A stretch of 64,000 nt of DNA from Lama guanicoe (Eukaryota). The stretch is taken from assembly GCA_013239625.1 (NCBI GenBank), contig MU055600.1:14249644-14313643 (forward strand), written 5' to 3'. Positions 57,301-64,000 of the stretch are shown piece by piece. The notes beneath the pieces were generated by a model, which ran no database searches, had not been told where the DNA came from, and saw nothing but the letters and a program-made list of their open reading frames with translations. Position numbers and translations under genes: made by a program. Position 1 is the stretch's first letter. Each line of letters opens with the position of its first letter.

Positions 57301-57719
57301 GAGGCAGGAGACGGGGCAGCAGAAGCATCCTTCTGGACCTCAGGTAAACACAGGAAGATTCCCAACTCTGGGGAACCCCGGCAGCCCTGAGCTATTTCCC
57401 AGGGTGAGAACCTATGCTAGGGACTCCAGAGACAGGGGTTTCCTCTGTCCATCCATTTCTTCTGAGAGGAGCATATTTAAAAGCCCCTTTGCTTCTGCGA
57501 ATCACACAACACGTTCCTCTGGCATGAGCTGCACCTTGGAAACACACTTGCCCAGATCTCTCTCATTGCCACAAAGACCGAAAACATTCCCCCAAAGCCC
57601 AGGGACATTCCAAAGCCTAGACTCTTCTCCAAAACAGTGCTTCTAATTCCTCAAGATTAAGCACCTTGCCAGCTAGCGTCAGGCTCACAAAATGCAGGAG
57701 CTGACGGCAACAGGAGGCC

Positions 57720-57890
57720 CATTCCAGCCAGCCCCTGCTGCTGCACCTGAACCATCTGGGAACTTGTCAGAATGCAGATTCTGGTCCTGCAGGTCTGGGG
57801 CGGGGTCTGGTTCTGCATTTCCAACCAGCTCCCAGGCGAGGCTGCGCTGCCGCTGGGCGGCGGGCCATGCTTTGAGTGGCAAAGATCTAG
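57720..57890. mobile_element. MER5A relic
   Basis: cagaatgcagattctggtcctgcaggtctggggcggggtc...ttctgcatttccaaccagctcccaggcga. Confidence 0.8.
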
Positions 57891-59329
57891 TGCAGCCCGC
57901 CTCCTCCCTGTTCTACAGGCGGGCAAACTGAGGCCCACAGTGCAGAGGGTTATTGCTCACACTGATCAGAAGCAGTACATGGAAACCTGAAACAGTGTCT
58001 GATAGGACAACTGATGTCCGACTCCAAATTATGGGATGTGTATCACCTTCTCTGCCTCCCTGCTTGCTTGGGAGGAAGGGGGAGATGGGGAAGACTGGGC
58101 TCACCTGTTCCTGCCCCTGTCTCAACTGAGGCATCGCTTTAAGTCATAGTTTGGACAGTAAACACTTGCCTCAGGAGCCCTTTATACTTCCAGAGTCTTA
58201 AATTATCTTCCGCAAACAAAAGATCTCTTTTGATAGGGGGAATTCCCAGCGGGGAGACACCTGCAGAGCCGAAGAGGAGAGATGCTGTTCCATGTGATAA
58301 GAGAAATTCACCGTCACGGACCACTCCATCCCCAAGCATATTTGAACAAATCCTGTCAGGTCCTCCCGTGTCACCACATTCAAATCCCTCATCTCATCAC
58401 CGAATCATCTACCGGGGCTGGGACTGCTCTCCCAGGAGCCTCGTTGCCCTTGCCCGCATGTGGGCATCTGTCTGGTCTTCCCAGTCCGTCAGATGGATCC
58501 ATAGATACGCGAGCCTCATCTAGAAAGAGAGGGCACGTTCCACTAGCGCCCCCACCACCACCTCCTCAGCCTCTTTAGCTTCCTTATACTCAGCGGATGC
58601 AAGTAAGTCTTCAGGGACAGGAGCGGCCACCTGACTTCAAGGACGAGTTGACCTGGGTCCCAACTCTGGCTTTGCGGGGCGTGATCTGCAGAAGGTACAG
58701 CAGCCCTGCTGGCTGGCGCTCCTCTCCTCTCGGAGGGCAAGCTTGTCAGGGAGCGCGGGAGGCTGCCCAGCTATGGGCTTTTTTCCCTCGCATCCTGTCC
58801 TGGGCAAACTCGGCAAGGCTCAGCCATCAGAGCCCTGTGCCCGCCATGGCCAGCAGCCGAAAATTTAGGAGATGCCCAGACTGGCCTGATCACAGAATTC
58901 AGTGACATTTAAAGGGAAGCCTCTCCTGGGACTGGGACAGAACTTGGAGCTGCCCAAGTCAAACCATGCGCTCACTACACACCTTTCCAGCTGGTTGCGT
59001 GCGCTCTCCAGGCTGGGTGAGTGGTTGCAGCAATAAACACTTCATCGATTGTGTTTTTTAACTGAACATACCAGCATCGGCAGTGGGTTTGGCGCTTCTC
59101 CCGGCCTGAAGTTGCCCTCTGTGTGTCCGCTTGTTTCTGAGGCTCTGGAAAGATTTCTGCACCACCTCCCGGGCTGTTCCGCTGCCCCCGCCTCCATCCT
59201 CCACACTGAGCCCATGGGGGCAGGAGGACCCATTCCCACAAACAGCTTTATTTCAAAGAGCAGAAATCAGTTCTAGATAAGAAGGTACGGCCGGTGCCGA
59301 GGAACGGCAGGCATGAGGGCGGAGGGTCC

Positions 59330-59990
59330 AGTTCCTGAAGCACCTTCGGTGTGAAGTTAAGGAGTTTGGACTTTCTCCCGAAAGCCTGAGGGGTCTGCAG
59401 GCAGAATGGAGGAGCCCATGGGAACACCTGCATTTTATAAAGTGGCTGCTGGCAGGCGTGGAAGGGAGGGATGGGCGGGAATGGGAGTGCAGCCCGGAGG
59501 GCTCTGCCGGAGTTGGATTCATTCAACACATATTTATTAAGTGCCTACTGCACACTGCTTCTAGGCAGTGGGCCACAGAGGTAACAACTCAGGAAAAGAC
59601 CCTGCCCTGGGTTAGGTTAGAGCTTAGTCTAGTGGGGGTGGGTGGGAGCGGAGAGAAAATAAAGAACAAATGAATGCATCCTGTATGTGTCTGATGGTGT
59701 TAAGAGCTTTGGAGAAAATCAAGCAACTAATGGGGAGAAGCTGCCATTTCATGTGGGTGGTCAGGGATGCTCTCACGGAGAAGGTGACCTACGAGCAGAG
59801 ACCTGGAGGAAGGGACAGGGCAGGGACGCCGCTGGGATATCCCAGCAGAGGGACACAGCAGGTGAAGGCCGGCAGGCGGGAGCAGGCTCGGTGTGTCCAC
59901 AGAGCAAGAGGCCGGGAGCAGGCACTGAGCAGGGAGGGCAGGGGATGGTGGGGGAGGGTGGGGGGGCCACACAGAGAAACAGAAGGAAGC
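59330..59990. mobile_element. L2 LINE relics
   Basis: gttaaggagtttggactttctcc; attcattcaacacatatttattaagtgcctact; gggtggtcagggatgctctcacggagaaggtgacc. Confidence 0.75.
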
Positions 59991-61089
59991 TGCCTCTCAT
60001 CACAGCGGGGCCCACCTGGCTCAGCGCTTCATCGGTTATCCAGTCGGGTCGGGTTGGCTTAAATACACCCCGACCGGATGGCATTGTGTTTGCAGTGGTG
60101 TGTACTGGTTTAACACGTTGATCTACTGGTTTAAATGAATGTACAGTAGGCCTTCTATTCTGGGCAATGGCTTCAACATGGACAGCTGATTGTCACTGGG
60201 AGTGACGCCTCCAGGCACTGTGCCTAGGTCATCGTGGACCGCATGGGCCCAACTTACATCTGTTGTCAAGATTCTAGTGCCCAGAAGGAAGAGGGTCATG
60301 TGACACGGTCTAAAAAAGGCTGCCTTCTAGCTAAGTGGGCCACGCAGCACTCGTCTGGAGAGGAAAGATGTTCTCAAAACCGTAGGGCCGTGGAAAATAT
60401 TTACTGTTAATAGAGCAGTTCTCAGTGTGATTCTGTTCTGTGTTCAAATTACTCGTACTGTAGAGCAGTGGTTGACAAGCGCCCACTTTCTGATGTAAAG
60501 GAAGCAAAGGAGGGATGGAGGGAAGACAGGAGGGACTGAGAGAGAGAGAGAGATTCCTGTGCAGATCTTGACAAGCCTGCAGATCATATCCTTACCCCAA
60601 GGATTCTCATGCCTTGGGTCTGGGCAGGACCCAGTCATCCAACATTTGCATGCACCCCGGACACCCTGGATGAACTTCATGCAGGCAGTGCCCTTTCAGA
60701 GGCATGGGTTGAGACCCATGTTTAGGGTTCTGGCACCTGGACTGTGAACTAGGGGCGTCCTTCAAACTGGAAACAAGGACCTCTGTAGGCAAAGGCCTTC
60801 TGACCTGAACAGAATGCTCCTGCTCCAGGGACAAGTGCTTTCAGGAGAGGCAGGGTCCTGGCACAATTTCACAGCAAAAAGTGATGAATTTGGGTTTTGC
60901 CCAAGGGGAGAACCAGTCTTAAAGACTGCTGGGAGAATGTGCTTTATTCCAGTGGGTTGAGACCAAGGGAGAATTGGCAGCAGGATGAGGAGAATCCCGG
61001 GAAGTGCGGAGCCAGACCATGGACGGACCTTGGAAACCCACAGCGGGCATCTGTGGGTCTCACTTGCCTGCTTCCCTTCTCCTGCCGCC

Positions 61090-61546
61090 AGCACCTCAGT
61101 CTCCCTTTGGCAACCATCCCTCCCTCACTCTCAGCCCCTGTGGTCCAAGTGGGGCTGACCCACCCACCTTGGCTCCTAAGGTAGACCTGAGACCCAACCT
61201 GACCAATGGATATATTCCATTTCCGGGATGCTGGGATGGGTTCAGAGACAAAGAAAGGGGGTGTGGAACTGTTGCGACTGCTGGTTCTCATCCCACCATG
61301 GCTGGCACACCTGGAGTTGCTGGGGCTGTCCTGCCTCTGTGCTGGGAGAGCCTGCCTGAGAACAAAGCTTGTACAGAGGAAGGCAGAGCCGAGAGACAGA
61401 GACAACACTTGAGCACCCAGATCCAGCTCTGCCTGAAGCTAGTGCTACCCCTGGACTTTTCAACTGCCTGAGCCAATAAAGTTCCTTTCTGTTTAAGCTA
61501 ATTTGAATTGTGCCTTTAACATTTGCTATGGAAACAATCCTAATTA
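61090..61546. mobile_element. MaLR LTR relic (MLT1K/L-like)
   Basis: gctacccctggacttttcaactgcctgagccaataaagttcctttctgtttaagcta 3' end. Confidence 0.7.
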
Positions 61547-62087
61547 GTGGGGAGCCAAAGGGGGAGGATAAGATGAAGGTTAGTTCTTACAGGTCTTTTT
61601 GCTCTCGTAACAGGTCCATGTTTATCAATGAGGCTTCATACTATTTTACTGAGAAAAGAGACTTCCTTTCTCCAATTATGGCATATCCCCAAACATGTGT
61701 GTCTCTAGGAAAGGTGACCCACATTAGCAAAAATAAGTCACTACTACCACCATGGTCCAGGACTTCCCTGTAGGATTCTCTAAGAACCATCTATTGGCCT
61801 CCTCCCCACCCTGACCCCAATCCATCTTTCACAGCCCAGTCAGTGTGGATCACAGCACATTTTTGTTTAAAACCCTCTAATGGCTCTGATCACACATAGA
61901 ATAAAGTCAGGATTCCTCACCCAGCCCCGCGCAGCCTGGCCTCCTCTCCAGCTTCCTCCCGCACCTCCTGCCACATTGGTCTCTTTGTCATTTCCTCCAA
62001 AGATGCTAAGTGTGTTTCTGCCTCAGGACCTTTTCACATGCTTTCCTCCATTCCACCTCTCCTCAGGTCTCAGTTTAAAGCCCTGAT

Positions 62088-62181
62088 GGAGATCAGCCAA
62101 GATGGCAGAGTAGGAAGACCCTGAGCTCACCTCTCACAAGTGCACCAAAATCACAATTATTTGCAGAACAACCATCAATGA
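62088..62181 (+). mobile_element. Isolated L1 5'UTR fragment
   Basis: CAAGATGGC (YY1 motif) followed by agagtaggaagaccctgagctcacctc...caccaaaatcacaa; flanked by aaagccctgat / aaagtcctgtt. Confidence 0.7.
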
Positions 62182-63409
62182 AAAGTCCTGTTCTTAGAGA
62201 TGCTTTTCCTGACACTGCCTTCCCATCCGAAGAAGGTCCTCTCTGTCAATACCTTTCATAATGTCCCAGTTGCTTTCTTCCCTTGCCATAGTTTTTAATC
62301 ATGTATCTTCTTCTGAGTTTGCTTACTGTCCATAAGTTTCATGCGGGGAGGGACTGAGGCCACTGGTAGGGCTACTCAGAGTGTGGTCCAGAGACCAGCA
62401 CCATCAGCATCACCTGAGAGCCTGTTAGACAGGCAAAGGCAGACCTGACTGTTTCAGTGCATCCCCTTCCTTCTCCCTCTTCCCCCAGGAGCACTGATGT
62501 GAACCAGTAGGGCTGCCAAACCCAGGACAAAGAAGGTAGGCCATGAAATGTTCCCCAAAGCACCGGGGGCCCCAGAGGGCTGCCATGAGAGCCCAAAGGC
62601 CAGCATGTGGCCCACCGGGGAGCCCCCGGGGCTTGGACACAACAAGAGGCCAACGTGCTGGCACCTGCTGCGTCTGGACGCCGGGCTGGAACGTCATGAG
62701 GCAGGACCTGGCAGCAGTTCAGAGAGCGCAGCCTTCCTTCCAGCTCCCATTCTCAGGCTCACACAAACCCAGGAAGGGCAGAGACAGGGAATGTTTGCAC
62801 AGCAGATAGACCTTCTCCACTCCTCCCTCTGCCTGCCAGATTGGAGTCGAAACAGCTCGCTTGATTTTGGTTCAAGTTTGGGCCAGAGTCCTCCTTTGAT
62901 CTGAAGGGCTTGTCTCCTCCTGGGTTATTTATTTGTAGAAACCACTCTGGTTTCCTACGACTTCAAATACACCTACAGGAAACGACGCCAGGCGGAGTCC
63001 CGACCGAGGTTTGTTTTCCTGCCCTGTGTGCCACCGGCTCCATGCGCCCGGGATCGGTTACCTGGATTCCCGCATGCAGGTGTGATTTGCACCCTTGGGC
63101 TACGAAACAAAAGCCTGTGATCTTTGAGGGAAAAAAATGGGCTGTAGTAAAACCTGTTGGGGAGAAGTGACTCGAAATCAGCAGTCCTGGCTCGTCCTGG
63201 GAGACCCTGGGCAAGGCTCCTCCGTAAAAGGAGACCAGGGAAGCGCGCATTTTCATGCTTACTCACGGGGCCCCCACAGGGGCTGGGACAGAGGTGAGTA
63301 AGGATGACAAGCCTGCTGGGAGAAGCTCAGGAACCAGCTCTGAGCTCTGGGAGCCCCTGCTTCACCACTAGGGGACCCCAGGGCTCCACATAATTGCTTC
63401 CCCCCAACA

Positions 63410-64000
63410 TTTTATTATGAAAAATTTCAAACATACAGCCAAGTTGAAAGAATTTCACAGCAAACACCAACATACCCACAACCTAAAAGCTACCAGCAAC
63501 ACTTTGCCTACATTTGCTTTATCACATCCCTCTCCATTCATCTATCCCTCTATCCATCCAGAAACGGATCTTATTTTTAGATGCATTTTAAAGTAAATTG
63601 CAATGGGGAGGATACAGTTCAAGTGGTAGAGCACATGCTTAGCATGCACAAGGTCCTGGGTTCAATCCCCAGGACCTCCTCTAAAAATAAATCAATAAAT
63701 AAACCTAATTACCACACCCCTACACACAAAAATAAATAAAATTTTTAAATAAATAAATAAAAATAAATAAAGTAAATTGCAAGCACCAGGACCCTTCCCC
63801 TAACTCCTTCAGCATGCCTATTATTAAAAGCTCAATATTCATTTGACTTTTTTAATCATTTGAGGTAAAATTTATACGTAATGAAACACACAAACCTCAA
63901 GTATACATTTGCTGAGTTTTGACAAATGCTTCTACCTGTGCAAACCAAGCGCCTACCAAGGTATAGAACATTGCCACCCCCTAGAAGGCTCTCCCACGCC
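63410..64000 (-). mobile_element. Old L1M (L1MB/MC-like) 3'-end fragments flanking the SINE
   Basis: ttttattatgaaaaatttcaaacatacag..aagttgaaagaattt and tttgaggtaaaatttatac...gagttttgacaaatg motifs. Confidence 0.7.
63604..63767 (+). mobile_element. tRNA-derived camelid SINE with 15-bp target-site duplication
   Basis: GGGGAGGATACAGTTCAAGTGGTAGAG...GGTTCAATCCCC and (AAAT)n tail; perfect TSD taaagtaaattgcaa at 63589-63603 and 63768-63782. Confidence 0.93.

Noticed and set aside
1-64000. A novel multi-gene or defence-type system, CRISPR array or operon
   Set aside because: The window is explained by one spliced vertebrate gene plus intronic repeats; I saw no repeat-spacer arrays and no second credible protein-coding gene.

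Overview
Mammalian genomic DNA, most likely a camelid (Camelus/Vicugna/Lama), judged from four tRNA-derived Vic-1-like SINEs, a camelid-type L1 3' end, and no Alu, Bov-A, PRE-1 or SINEC elements that I could recognise. The window is occupied by one minus-strand gene, CEMIP (KIAA1199/HYBID, hyaluronan-depolymerising G8/GG-domain protein). I reconstructed 23 consecutive coding exons from the ATG at 53302 down to 1386. All introns are GT-AG, all phases are compatible, and the exons give 3407 nt of open CDS (codons 1-1135 plus 2 nt). The remaining 3' exons lie below position 1, and I found no main promoter or first exon, so these probably lie above 64000. The rest is intron with ancient repeats (MIR, L2, L3, MER DNA transposons, MaLR/ERV LTRs) and microsatellites. 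Almost all ORFs in the supplied track are spurious. I found no new multi-gene system. The best leads are small: a head-to-head SINE pair forming a long pre-mRNA hairpin, a tailless L1 5'-end insertion, a U12-like branch site in a U2 intron, a cryptic donor inside exon 3, a candidate internal promoter, an old 170-bp tandem duplication, and Ile at the position of human variant V1109I. Repeat family names and human residues are recalled from memory and need database confirmation.
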